DNA of 49,077 nt. It comes from Candidatus Omnitrophota bacterium. Its GTDB lineage: Bacteria > Omnitrophota > Gorgyraeia > Zapsychrales > JBDRMG01. Positions 39,070 through 49,077 of the stretch are shown here, in pieces. The position numbers were made by a program, and so were the translations under genes. Positions within the stretch are counted from its first letter, which is position 1. Each line of letters starts with the position of its first letter. The stretch lies in assembly GCA_043812495.1 (NCBI GenBank), contig JBDRMG010000029.1, positions 1 to 49,077 of the forward strand. Reading direction: 5' to 3'. The notes under the pieces are model-generated. The model saw nothing but the letters and a program-made list of their open reading frames with translations. It was not told the origin of the DNA and made no database searches.

Positions 39070-39553
39070 AGATCCCAGAACCTTATTGTCAATTATTGTC
39101 ATCAGCCTTCTTTTCGTTTGTGGCATTCTGCTGGCTCTTTTTGAAATCTCCTTTAAAAATCCATTGAAGGGGCTACCAAGGCCGACACCATATGCTCTTT
39201 TTCCTTCGCCTGAGAAGCCCAAAGCGTCCGGTAGGTCGGCGCCAAATAAAATGTACGTCCCCAATCCCCGGTTCTATCCGGAATTTTATAACGACGACAA
39301 TCCCATTCACAAGGCCGTTGTCCTTCACCGGACTGTTCACGATTGCGAAACCAGGGAGCAGATCGGCCTGGATCAAACCATTCAGCTTTATAATCCTGAC
39401 GGATCTCCCGCTTATATGAATTACGCCTGCCGCAGCCGATACCAGCAGCAATGTTACCGGGATGGTTCTTTTGACCGATACTATGACGAGTGGTGCGAAG
39501 ATGAAAACGGCTTCAGAATAGAGATGCCTGACCAACAGGAAAGCGCACACTGA
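39047..39553 (+). CDS. Hypothetical membrane-anchored protein
   Basis: Single N-terminal transmembrane segment, Pro-rich linker, Cys-containing C-terminal domain; overlaps both neighbours. Confidence 0.6.
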   Translation: MNSDQPNRDPRTLLSIIVISLLFVCGILLALFEISFKNPLKGLPRPTPYALFPSPEKPKASGRSAPNKMYVPNPRFYPEFYNDDNPIHKAVVLHRTVHDCETREQIGLDQTIQLYNPDGSPAYMNYACRSRYQQQCYRDGSFDRYYDEWCEDENGFRIEMPDQQESAH

Positions 39554-40005
39554 TGATGAGAAAATTCTTTTATTGTGCTTTTCTTGGGATTTGCCTGTCC
39601 TCAATCATTAGCTGCGGGCAGGCCAAAGCGCCCGTGGCTGCCCCGCAGCAAGAAGCCTCGCTATTTGTTTCCCAGGATGAACTGATTGCCCGGCTTTTTC
39701 AAGAAGGACAATCAAATACTTTTGTCCAGGCGCAGGGAGAAGTGATTCGTCTTTTATCCGATGACTTGGAAGGTTCGCGCCATCAGCGATTTATCATCAA
39801 ACTCAAAGGCGGGCAGACGCTTCTTGTCAGTCACAATATCGATATCGCTCCGCGCCTTAACGATCTTGAGACAGGCGATACTGTGCGCCTGCGCGGTGAA
39901 TATCTCTGGAATGACAAAGGCGGCCTTGTGCATTACACGCATCATGACCCGGCTTTTCGCAAAGACGGCGGGTGGATTGATCATAAGGGATGGAGATATA
40001 AATAG
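39553..40005 (+). CDS. DUF3465-like lipoprotein
   Basis: Lipobox IISC; DD..GSRHQRF, HNIDIAPR, HYTHHDP. Confidence 0.8.
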   Translation: MMRKFFYCAFLGICLSSIISCGQAKAPVAAPQQEASLFVSQDELIARLFQEGQSNTFVQAQGEVIRLLSDDLEGSRHQRFIIKLKGGQTLLVSHNIDIAPRLNDLETGDTVRLRGEYLWNDKGGLVHYTHHDPAFRKDGGWIDHKGWRYK

Positions 40006-40059
40006 CGAATAGGGATGAACATATTTTCTTATTCAACTACGAAAGAGAGGAATAATCAA

Positions 40060-40263
40060 ATGGGCTATTCAGAATGGATGGATGAAAAGATTAAGAAAAT
40101 GAGCTGTTGGGATGTCGGTGTTTTGAAAATATGCCTGATCGCTTTTGCGCTTATGGTTGCCAAGCTTTGGCCGATTGTTCTCAATCTCTCATGGTTTTGG
40201 TACGGCGCTATCTTTGGCGTGACGTATGCTTATCTAATCTACAAAATTTATCTCAAAAAATAA
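40060..40263 (+). CDS. Small two-helix membrane protein
   Basis: GAGAGG RBS; WD....K hydrophobic pattern. Confidence 0.6.
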   Translation: MGYSEWMDEKIKKMSCWDVGVLKICLIAFALMVAKLWPIVLNLSWFWYGAIFGVTYAYLIYKIYLKK

Positions 40264-40325
40264 TGACGGGTAGATCAATTACAAAAATTTAAGATATCCA
40301 TAACAGAAATGATTAAGGAAACCCT

Positions 40326-40913
40326 ATGACCGAACCGAGCATTTTCCAATCCCCGATTTATACCTACGGCGTGATTCCGCTTCTCATCTTTCTCGCTCGC
40401 GTCTGCGATGTATCCATCGGCACGGTGCGCATCATGCTTTTATCAAGAGGAAAGAGGATTCTTCCACCACTCCTTGCGTTTATTGAAATCCTGATTTGGC
40501 TTCTCGCGATCCGGCAGATTTTTGACCATCTCGATAATGTGGTCTGCTATATTGCTTACGCCGGCGGATTTGCCTTAGGCAACTATGTGGGAATACTTAT
40601 TGAACATAAGCTTGCCGTGGGCATGGAGGTGGTGCGCGTCATTACCAAACAGGATGCTGCAAGCCTGATCGAATGCTTGAAAGAAGAGGGTTACGGCGTG
40701 ACCAGCGTTGATGCGCAAGGGACCACAGGCAAGGTCAACGTAATTTACACGATTATCAACCGCTGCGACCATAAGCACGTCATCAACATGATCCATCAGT
40801 TCAATCCTCGGGCATTTTACTCGGTCGAAGACATCAAGGCCGTCAAAGAAGGCGTGTTCCCCTGCCGCGATGAAAACGGCGCGGTCATTCCCCAAGATCA
40901 AAAGAGAAAATAA
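40326..40913 (+). CDS. UPF0316/DUF2179 family membrane protein
   Basis: IF.AR..DVSIGT.R, YA.GFA.G..VG..IE, GYGVT..DA.G. Confidence 0.85.
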   Translation: MTEPSIFQSPIYTYGVIPLLIFLARVCDVSIGTVRIMLLSRGKRILPPLLAFIEILIWLLAIRQIFDHLDNVVCYIAYAGGFALGNYVGILIEHKLAVGMEVVRVITKQDAASLIECLKEEGYGVTSVDAQGTTGKVNVIYTIINRCDHKHVINMIHQFNPRAFYSVEDIKAVKEGVFPCRDENGAVIPQDQKRK

Positions 40914-40951
40914 CCTAAAGAATTCAGTATTAGCTTGATTAGAAATTTTTA

Positions 40952-41000
40952 TTGACAAAGATTTCTGTCATGTTATAATCTCTACCAATTAGATAGAGTC
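40952..41000 (+). promoter_or_regulatory. Sigma70 promoter with adjacent Rrf2-type operator candidate
   Basis: TTGACA-16 nt-TATAAT followed by palindrome CTCTA-N9-TAGAG. Confidence 0.6.
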
Positions 41001-41033
41001 ACTAGAGTATAGAGCTCAAGAGAGTTAAGCCAA

Positions 41034-41471
41034 ATGAAATTATCGACGAAGGGACGCTACGGAACGCTTTTGATGATTGACCTGGCTTTAAACGCTGGTC
41101 AAGGTCCGGTTTTTTTAAAAGATATCGCGGCCCGGCAGAAAATATCGGAAAAATATCTCTGGCATTTGATTGCGCCCTTAAAACACGCCGGCCTGATCAA
41201 TTCGATACGCGGGGCGCACGGAGGATATATCCTGGCCAGGCCGCCTGCGGACATTACGCTGAAAGAAATTGTTTCGATTGTCGAAGGACCCATTTCTTTA
41301 GTGGAAAGAAAAGACATCCATTCGGCGCACGAGCGCGACGTCAAGAACGTGACGCAGAAAATTTGGAATGAAATATCGGAGAAAATCGCGGGAATTTTTG
41401 CAGGATACACCCTGCAGGACGTGGTGGACCGATACAAAGCGCAGAGCAAGATTCCCATGTACTCAATTTGA
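41034..41471 (+). CDS. cymR: Rrf2 family regulator, CymR-like
   Basis: MKLSTKGRYG, S.RG..GGY.L, no cysteines, C-terminal MYSI; upstream of metY and cysK. Confidence 0.8.
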   Translation: MKLSTKGRYGTLLMIDLALNAGQGPVFLKDIAARQKISEKYLWHLIAPLKHAGLINSIRGAHGGYILARPPADITLKEIVSIVEGPISLVERKDIHSAHERDVKNVTQKIWNEISEKIAGIFAGYTLQDVVDRYKAQSKIPMYSI

Positions 41472-41485
41472 AAGGCAAAACAATC

Positions 41486-41596
41486 ATGGAAACGAAAACG
41501 CACAAAAGAGATTACCATCAAACGTCCCTGAAAGGTCAAACGGTGATCTGTTGTATGATGATGCACGCGCGTTGTTGTCGCAGAATAAAAGGTTGA
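41486..41596 (+). CDS. Putative Cys/Met-rich leader peptide, 36 aa
   Basis: METKTHKRDYHQTSLKGQTVICCMMMHARCCRRIKG; GAAAGG RBS. Confidence 0.65.
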   Translation: METKTHKRDYHQTSLKGQTVICCMMMHARCCRRIKG

Positions 41597-41640
41597 GCCC
41601 GATGAATAAGGAAATGACAATGACAAATCATGAAATTCCG

Positions 41641-41678
41641 CCTGCCCGGCCGGACCATTCAGCCGGTCGCGGGTTTTT
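41641..41678 (+). terminator. Candidate attenuator terminator
   Basis: CCTGC-CCGGC...GCCGG-TC-GCGGG followed by T5. Confidence 0.45.
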
Positions 41679-41688
41679 AGGAGGACCA

Positions 41689-41880
41689 ATGAAGACCAAA
41701 GAAAGAAATCATAGTATTATTAACGACGCCTTGATCAAAGATATCAACGAGGCTGTTCATAAAATCGATAACGGCACCATCACTGTTAGAGTGCGTGAGG
41801 CCAAGATCATTCAAATCGACATCAAAGACAAGAAACGTTTTAACGAAATCTGGACCCTGGAGCAGGGCGGAGGGATTTAG
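41689..41880 (+). CDS. YezD/DUF2292-like small protein, 63 aa
   Basis: AGGAGG RBS; I..G.ITV.V....IIQID...K.R pattern. Confidence 0.7.
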   Translation: MKTKERNHSIINDALIKDINEAVHKIDNGTITVRVREAKIIQIDIKDKKRFNEIWTLEQGGGI

Positions 41881-43242
<1,362 letters not shown>

Positions 43243-43260
43243 TAAGGAAAGAGAAAATTT

Positions 43261-43346
43261 AGGGACGTCCTTCGCCGGTAACTTAAGGGCGTCCCCAGGA
43301 CAATCAAAAAGGGGACATCCTTCAACGGCAGGCGAAGGACGTCCCT
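43261..43346. mobile_element. MITE-like element, copy 1
   Basis: 16 bp terminal inverted repeats AGGGACGTCCTTCGCC/GGCGAAGGACGTCCCT with inner inverted repeats. Confidence 0.75.
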
Positions 43347-43378
43347 GATTGAGCAGTCATTTCAGAAAGGGGACTGAT

Positions 43379-44305
43379 ATGCATAAGATCTACGACGATA
43401 TCACAAAAACAGTCGGCCGCACGCCCTTGGTGCGGATCAATCGAATGGCGAAAGGGCTGGATGTCCAAATTCTGGCTAAACTTGAATCCTTTAATCCGCT
43501 TTCAAGCGTTAAAGACAGAATCGGCTTGGCCATGATTGACGCGGCGGAAAAATCCGGACAACTTAAAAAAGGTTCGGCGATTATCGAGCCGACAAGCGGA
43601 AATACAGGCATTGCGCTTGCGTTTGTATGCGCCGCGCGCGGGTACAAGTTGATTTTAACGATGCCGGACACGATGAGCGTGGAGAGACGAAAACTTCTGA
43701 AGATCTTCGGTGCGGAATTGGTCCTGACCGAAGGCGCAAAGGGGATGAAAGGCGCGATTGAAAAGGCTGAAGAGCTTGCGCGCGAGACCCCAAACAGCTT
43801 TATGCCCCAACAGTTTAATAATCCGGCCAATCCCGAGATTCACAGGAACACGACCGCGCAGGAAATCTGGGATGACACCGATGGAGCCGTGGATATTTTT
43901 ATCTCGGGTGTCGGAACCGGCGGAACCGTGACCGGCGTGGGCGAGGTCTTGAAAAAGAGAAGGCCGACCGTCAAGGTGATCGCGCTTGAGCCCGTGGAAT
44001 CGCAGGTGCTCGCCGGCAAGGGGCCGGGGTCGCACAAGATTCAGGGGATCGGCGCGGGATTCATTCCGCAGGTGATCAACCGGGATATCATCGATGAAAT
44101 TATCGCGGTCAAACATGATGAGGCCGGTGCGGTGGCGCGGCGCCTGGCCAAAGAAGAGGGAATTTTTGTCGGGATTTCAAGCGGGGCTGCGATGTGGGCA
44201 GCACTCGAGGTGGCCAAGCGCGAGGAGTCCAAAGGAAAGACCATTGTTGTGATTCTGCCCGACACGGGCGAGCGGTATCTGTCCACGTGGCTGTTTGAGG
44301 AGTAA
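43379..44305 (+). CDS. cysK: Cysteine synthase A
   Basis: [42 protein letters not shown]. Confidence 0.97.
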   Translation: MHKIYDDITKTVGRTPLVRINRMAKGLDVQILAKLESFNPLSSVKDRIGLAMIDAAEKSGQLKKGSAIIEPTSGNTGIALAFVCAARGYKLILTMPDTMSVERRKLLKIFGAELVLTEGAKGMKGAIEKAEELARETPNSFMPQQFNNPANPEIHRNTTAQEIWDDTDGAVDIFISGVGTGGTVTGVGEVLKKRRPTVKVIALEPVESQVLAGKGPGSHKIQGIGAGFIPQVINRDIIDEIIAVKHDEAGAVARRLAKEEGIFVGISSGAAMWAALEVAKREESKGKTIVVILPDTGERYLSTWLFEE

Positions 44306-44327
44306 AAAAAGATGGAGAGTGAAAGAT

Positions 44328-44379
44328 GGGCCCCCGCCGCTTTGCTTCGCAAAGCGAAGCAGCGGGGGCCTTTATTTTT
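44328..44379 (+). terminator. Intrinsic terminator after cysK
   Basis: GGCCCCCGC/GCGGGGGCC stem plus T-rich tail. Confidence 0.7.
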
Positions 44380-44465
44380 ATTTGACAAAGCCAGCATAAC
44401 ATCGTACATTAGAAATACTTCCGTCTAAAAACACAAATGTTGAACATAAAAGAAGGAAAGCCAAG

Positions 44466-45230
44466 TTGATAATTACCTTTGATTTAATTTGTAAAAAGTC
44501 GGAGCGTTTTAAAAAAATAGAATTGTCTTTAACAGTATTTCTCGCCGTTTTATTTTTTTCCTTCCCCCTTTACGCCCAGGAATACAAAATCATCAAAACC
44601 AAAGGTCAGGTTCTTATTCGGGAGGACGAATCCAAGCCCTGGCAAAAGGCCAAAAAAGGCTACACCCTTTCTGAAAATTATGAGCTGATGACCAAACGGG
44701 GCGGCGAATGCACGTTCGCGGCGGGCGATACCATCAATAAGGCCCTGACGCTCAAACAGAATTCCCAACTTAAAGTCAGCGCTGAATCCATGGGCCGCCT
44801 GGAACTGATACAGGGAAGGGTTTTTTCCCTGATTGAAAAAATGGACCAGGGCTCGACGTATGAAATCCAAACGCCGGTTGCCATCGCGGGTGCGCGCGGG
44901 ACCGGTTGGACCGTCGAGGCGGACAAAGATACATCGGTCAAATGTTTTGAAGGCGAAGTCTACGTCAAGGGGTTGGATGAAGAGGGCAATGTCATCGCGG
45001 ACAAAGATATCCCGGAAGGTTCCGGCGTCCAGGTGAAAGAAAAAGGCGAAATCGAAAAACCTTTTGAAGTCAGCAAAAAAGACAAAAAAGAGTGGAATAG
45101 TTTTAGGGATATCGTCAAAGACTTCATCGGTAAACCCATCGGCAAGGTCTTTAACGCGTTCGGCGGCATTACCGAAGGCGTGGTCGAAGGCTACTTGGGC
45201 AGTGAGGGCGAGAATCCGTTCAATCGCTAA
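44466..45230 (+). CDS. FecR-domain exported protein (start uncertain)
   Basis: Signal-like segment; TPVAIAGARGT.W.V and V.CFEGEV.V motifs. Confidence 0.75.
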   Translation: MIITFDLICKKSERFKKIELSLTVFLAVLFFSFPLYAQEYKIIKTKGQVLIREDESKPWQKAKKGYTLSENYELMTKRGGECTFAAGDTINKALTLKQNSQLKVSAESMGRLELIQGRVFSLIEKMDQGSTYEIQTPVAIAGARGTGWTVEADKDTSVKCFEGEVYVKGLDEEGNVIADKDIPEGSGVQVKEKGEIEKPFEVSKKDKKEWNSFRDIVKDFIGKPIGKVFNAFGGITEGVVEGYLGSEGENPFNR

Positions 45231-45237
45231 AAGATTT

Positions 45238-45329
45238 AGGGACGTCCTTCGCCGGCCAATAAAGGGTGTCCCCGAAATATCAAAAAAAAGGGAGGGGACA
45301 CCCTTAGCTTACCGGCGAAGGACGTCCCT
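45238..45329. mobile_element. MITE-like element, copy 2
   Basis: Terminal inverted repeats AGGGACGTCCTTCGCCGG/CCGGCGAAGGACGTCCCT, same as 43261-43346. Confidence 0.75.
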
Positions 45330-45361
45330 AACTAAGATATTGTTTAAGAAAGGAGTACGCT

Positions 45362-45727
45362 ATGATCGTACTGGTTAAACTACTCGGAGGTCTGGTCATA
45401 GTTGTGGGCCTGACGATATTCGCTTCGCCCGCATTCACCAAGAAAATCTTCGCTTTTGTTCAGCATGGCAAGAACATTTACTACGCCGGGGTCGCGCGCT
45501 GCGTTCTGGGGATAATTCTTTTTATCTGCGCATCCAGAAGCTCGGTTCCGCTTGCCGCGATTGCCCTGGGCCTCATGTTTGTGATGAGCGGCATCGTGGT
45601 GTTCGCGGCTGATTTGAGAAAGCTCAAGGCCCTCATTGCGTCTTACAGCGAAATGCCGGCCTTGGTGATCCGTCTTTTGGGCCTGATGGCCGCGTCGTTC
45701 GGGATGCTGGTGTTCTCGATCTTTTAA
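45362..45727 (+). CDS. Hypothetical membrane protein
   Basis: AAGGAG RBS; about four hydrophobic segments. Confidence 0.7.
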   Translation: MIVLVKLLGGLVIVVGLTIFASPAFTKKIFAFVQHGKNIYYAGVARCVLGIILFICASRSSVPLAAIALGLMFVMSGIVVFAADLRKLKALIASYSEMPALVIRLLGLMAASFGMLVFSIF

Positions 45728-45947
45728 TGAGTGCTTGACTTATGGAAGGCGAAGCCTGACATAAGTCAATGCACGAATTAACTCAGATTTCTTGCCCTTT
45801 AAGAAATCTGAGCACAATGAAACAAACGTGAAGCGTCGATCGTGAAGCGTTATTTGAGTTCCTTACGAAGGACGTAAGACGAAAATTACGTCCCTCGTTC
45901 CACGTCTCACATCTTACGTAGAAGATGCTGAATTTCCACTGTGCCCA

Positions 45948-47408
45948 GAATGGTACTGACTTAAGAAATATAGCAAAATGATCTTCTTTTGTCGAATAAG
46001 TTATGAAAAAATAATTTATATCGACTAAAGGAGGTCAAGATGAGAATAAATATAAAGAATATAAATAAGAAGAAAAAGAGATTAAAACAAGTTAGAGAGG
46101 AATTAGAAAAGAGTCAAATGAGAGCTATTCAAGAAATTATTACAAAAGAAGAAATTGAGCAAATCTGTAAAAAGAATAATTACTATTTCCGACGAAGACG
46201 GATTACACCAATAGTAACATTGTTGCACATGATAGGAGCGGCAATCAGTCGGGAGAGAAGCTTTCAGAGCGCCTGGCACAATAGTGGACAAATTGAAGGA
46301 TCAGATATATTATGCAAGGCACGCAAAAGGATGCCGGAGAAAGTATGGGAAGGTGTTGATAGTTGGATAGAAAATGAAATTGAAGAGGAATTTGGAGAAC
46401 AGACGAAATGGCGAGGACACCGGTTGGTAGGAATAGACGGAACCTGCGTATCGATGAGCGATGAGGATGAGTTAGAAAAAGAATTCGGAAAGAGTGGATC
46501 TAAACGAGGGGAAAGCCGATTCCCCATAGCATGAGTTGTCTTTGCGTTTACTTTGAAGACTCAAATTACGTTGAATCATCGAATAGGGAGATACAGAAAT
46601 TCAGAACAGGAACTATTCGGAGGAATGCTTGGCGATATGAAGACAGGAGATCTAATTATTTGCGATAGACATTTTGCTGGAGCGAACCTTTACGTTGAGT
46701 ATAAACGAGCAGGGTTGGAATTTATTACTCCAACTCATCAACGTCTGAATATAGATAAATTAAAACGGATCAAAGAATATTCAGGAGGAGATCTTGTTGT
46801 TGAATTACCCATTACTCCGAAGCATCGCCGAGACGATCCGAGTTTGCCAGAAAACATTGCGGTTCGCCTGATTGAAGTCAAGGCTAAAGTAAGAGGAAAA
46901 AATAAGATATTCTGGCTTATGACCTCTTTATTGGATCCTCAACAATATCCGGCTAATGAAATCAAAAATCTTTACAAAAAAAGATGGAAAGTTGAAACAC
47001 TTATTGAGGAGATAAAGATATGGCTTGGCAGTGATGTTTTACGATCCAAGACTGCCGCCGGTATTCGCAAAGAACTTTATGCCAGAATTGTTGCTGGAAA
47101 TCTAATTCATTGGTTAATCCTAAAGGCTGCCAAGAAGCATAAAAAAGAACCTGATCGGATTAGTACGACAGCTGCCACTCGATTAATCAATTGTTATACT
47201 CTGAAGATGAGTGAAGCCCCGGTTAAAAAATTAAATTTTCTTTATGAAGAATTATTAGATAAGATTGCCGGTTCCATTATTCCCTATCGACCTAATCGTG
47301 TTGAACCTCGTTTAAAAAGGCGGGATCAAAAACATTATTCCATATTACATACTTCAAGGGCGCAATGGAGGAAAGATAACGGTATTGATCCTTAAGTCAG
47401 TGCCATTC
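45948..47408 (+). mobile_element. IS4-family insertion sequence
   Basis: 17/18 bp terminal inverted repeats GAATGGTACTGACTTAAG / CTTAAGTCAGTGCCATTC around a DDE transposase; lower GC. Confidence 0.9.
46040..47395 (+). pseudogene. IS4-family transposase with one in-frame stop
   Basis: ORFs 46040-46534 and 46553-47395 share a frame, split by TGA at 46532-46534; GIDGT, DRHF, Y..RW.VE motifs. Confidence 0.88.
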
Positions 47409-47494
47409 GGGACACGTACCAATTAATTTCAATGAGTTTCGGACAACGTCTATAGAGTTCTGTTTATTGAGGAAAAACAAGGAGAGAAAAGATT

Positions 47495-48193
47495 ATGATA
47501 AGTAAGAGTAAATCAATTACTCCAAAGTGGTTTGATTTCGTAGTCATCGTTGGTATTTGCTTCTTTATTTTGTTTTTAGCAAAAGTATGGTTAATAGATA
47601 AATTAATATATTCTCGCGAGATTGATAATCGACCCCAATTTTATCCATTAGAAATAGGAGTGCCTGTCAACCAAATCAGAATCATTGATGGAGACACTTT
47701 CGAACTCGAGAATGGCGATATAGTTCATCTTCTCGGCATCGACTGTTCAGGAAGTGAGCCTAACGCAAAAGCAAAGCGAGATGAAGAATTCTTAAGAGAA
47801 GATACTGGGGCCACCACAAAAATGGGAAAAGAGGCTACAAAATTTGTAAGAGATTGGTACGGGGCACAATATATGCGTTTGGGTTCTGAATCAAGGGTTT
47901 ATTTTGAGTATGATACACAAAAGAGGGATAAACATGGGAGATTGTTGGCATATGTTTACTATCCGTATTATACAAAAGGCTATGGTTTGATCCGAAACCA
48001 GATGAGAAAAATAATCAATGATAAGCCTTGCATAATGTTGAATGCTTGGATTCTTGAAAGAGGCTACGCGAAGCCAATGCCTATTCCGCCAAATGTCAAG
48101 TATTCGGAGTTGTTCGAGGAATTATACCAAGAAGCGAAGGAGAACAAGAGGGGTTTGTGGAGGGAGGGGATTGCAGACGTTGTTGATCAGTAA
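47495..48193 (+). CDS. Thermonuclease (SNase) family protein
   Basis: N-terminal transmembrane segment, IIDGDT, RD.HGRLLAYVY, GYA, A.ENKRGLW. Confidence 0.9.
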   Translation: MISKSKSITPKWFDFVVIVGICFFILFLAKVWLIDKLIYSREIDNRPQFYPLEIGVPVNQIRIIDGDTFELENGDIVHLLGIDCSGSEPNAKAKRDEEFLREDTGATTKMGKEATKFVRDWYGAQYMRLGSESRVYFEYDTQKRDKHGRLLAYVYYPYYTKGYGLIRNQMRKIINDKPCIMLNAWILERGYAKPMPIPPNVKYSELFEELYQEAKENKRGLWREGIADVVDQ

Positions 48194-48439
48194 TTGCAAA
48201 GATTGATTCTTCGGGCCCCGCCAGGGGCGGGGCCCGAAGAAAATTCGCCTCGTCACTTATGTTTCCGCCAAAATCTTTGATTTTGGCGAGATCTCGCCAG
48301 ATTGCCTTATGGCAATCTGGCGGACTTCCAGGCTCAATCCATAAGTGGCGGGCTCATATTAAATAATCCGGGTAGGTGAAAGAAGCACGGAATAAGTTTG
48401 ATAATTCTTAAATCGCAATGAGTTTCGGACAACATCTAT
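48174..48439. repeat. Inter-gene repeat element
   Basis: Left end aligns without gaps to 48844-48899; right end CAATGAGTTTCGGACAAC.TCTAT repeats 47430-47453. Confidence 0.7.
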
Positions 48440-48480
48440 CAATTTCGTAATGGATCAAGAATCGTAAAACAGGAGGGCCA

Positions 48481-48846
48481 ATGAATAAAACACCGGTCAC
48501 ATTGATCATGTTCGGTTTTCTTTTAATTTTTTGTAATTTGATGTATATTCTGGCAAACCACTTAAATGCAAGCAATGGGTTTGTTGATTTCATTTGTTAT
48601 TCTTGGATCATTTGCGCCGTAGGCATTCTTTACCTTAAGAGCTGGGCAAGAATAATGGTTGTTATTTTTTCGGCTTTGACCATAATCTCTCTTCTCTGGA
48701 GCGAAAGAGGATGTCTTACCTGCGATGATGGTTTGATCCTGTATGCAGCGGCAGTCTTTGTTATGCCAATTATTTACTTCACTCGCCCCAGAGTGAAGAC
48801 GCTTTTTGAGAAGGAAAGGGGGGCGGTCCCTAAAAAGACATTGTAG
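48481..48846 (+). CDS. Hypothetical membrane protein
   Basis: GGAGG RBS; four hydrophobic segments, GIL.LK.WAR and YFTRP.VK..F. Confidence 0.7.
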   Translation: MNKTPVTLIMFGFLLIFCNLMYILANHLNASNGFVDFICYSWIICAVGILYLKSWARIMVVIFSALTIISLLWSERGCLTCDDGLILYAAAVFVMPIIYFTRPRVKTLFEKERGAVPKKTL

Positions 48847-48904
48847 ATGTTGTCCGTAAATATTTGAAAAGGCTGCTTCTTCGGGCCCCGCCAGGGGCGC
48901 TTTT

Positions 48905-49072
48905 ATTCTCCTTCGCCGAAAACTCCGGACTTCAGCCCGGAGATGAAGGCGAAGGAGAACCCTACGAAGCTCCCAAACGAGTTCTGCGAAGTCCGCCAAT
49001 GAATCAATGGCGGACGAAGCAGAACGAAAGTTTTGGAGCGAAGTAGGGTTTGAGTGTTCGGCTTCGGAGAAT
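48905..49072. repeat. Nested palindromic repeat cluster
   Basis: Three levels of hairpins related to 5988, 13344 and 12200. Confidence 0.7.
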
Positions 49073-49077
49073 GAACC

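Noticed and set aside
41368..41688. Long N-terminal extension of the 170 aa ORF
   Set aside because: Overlaps cymR and the leader peptide; the strong RBS points to the 41689 start.
46532..46534. TGA recoding (alternative genetic code or selenocysteine)
   Set aside because: TGA ends conserved genes here (lepA, lepB), so a nonsense mutation is simpler.
47430..48860. Classical integron attC sites
   Set aside because: The AAC/GTT triplets are in the opposite arrangement to RYYYAAC...GTTRRRY and no intI is visible.

Overview
A bacterial chromosomal segment with almost all genes on the + strand; gene content and repeat style suggest Omnitrophota/PVC or a similar uncultured lineage (inference only). 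Positions 1-27 kb are housekeeping: small HTH gene, acpP, smc, a GAF-GGDEF cyclase, cvpA-NIF3-dnaG-rpoD, tRNA-Ile2(CAT), tRNA-Val(CAC), zinc-ribbon protein, rnhA, rnpB, yebC-ruvC-ruvA-scpB, pheA-hisC-aroF-tyrA-cmk, lepA-lepB and pgsA-plsY. Positions 27-49 kb are accessory or envelope genes: ECF sigma/anti-sigma/Spy, hydrolases, a serpin, yggS, pcm, a sulfur amino-acid cluster (CymR-like, YezD-like, metY, cysK), an interrupted IS4-family element and a thermonuclease. The most unusual content is non-coding. (1) Two tandem mini-elements sit at the tRNA-Val 3' end, each closed by a copy of that 3' end and built from hairpins with tandem G.A mismatches and variable 15-16 nt loops; one carries only a GIY-YIG nuclease and no integrase. 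(2) The RNase P RNA is about 635 nt, with a reduced S-domain and three palindromic insertions. (3) Several families of nested palindromic repeats recur across the window. (4) An unannotated Cys/Met-rich leader peptide precedes the sulfur genes. (5) A c-di-GMP-I-like riboswitch variant is present. No CRISPR array was found.
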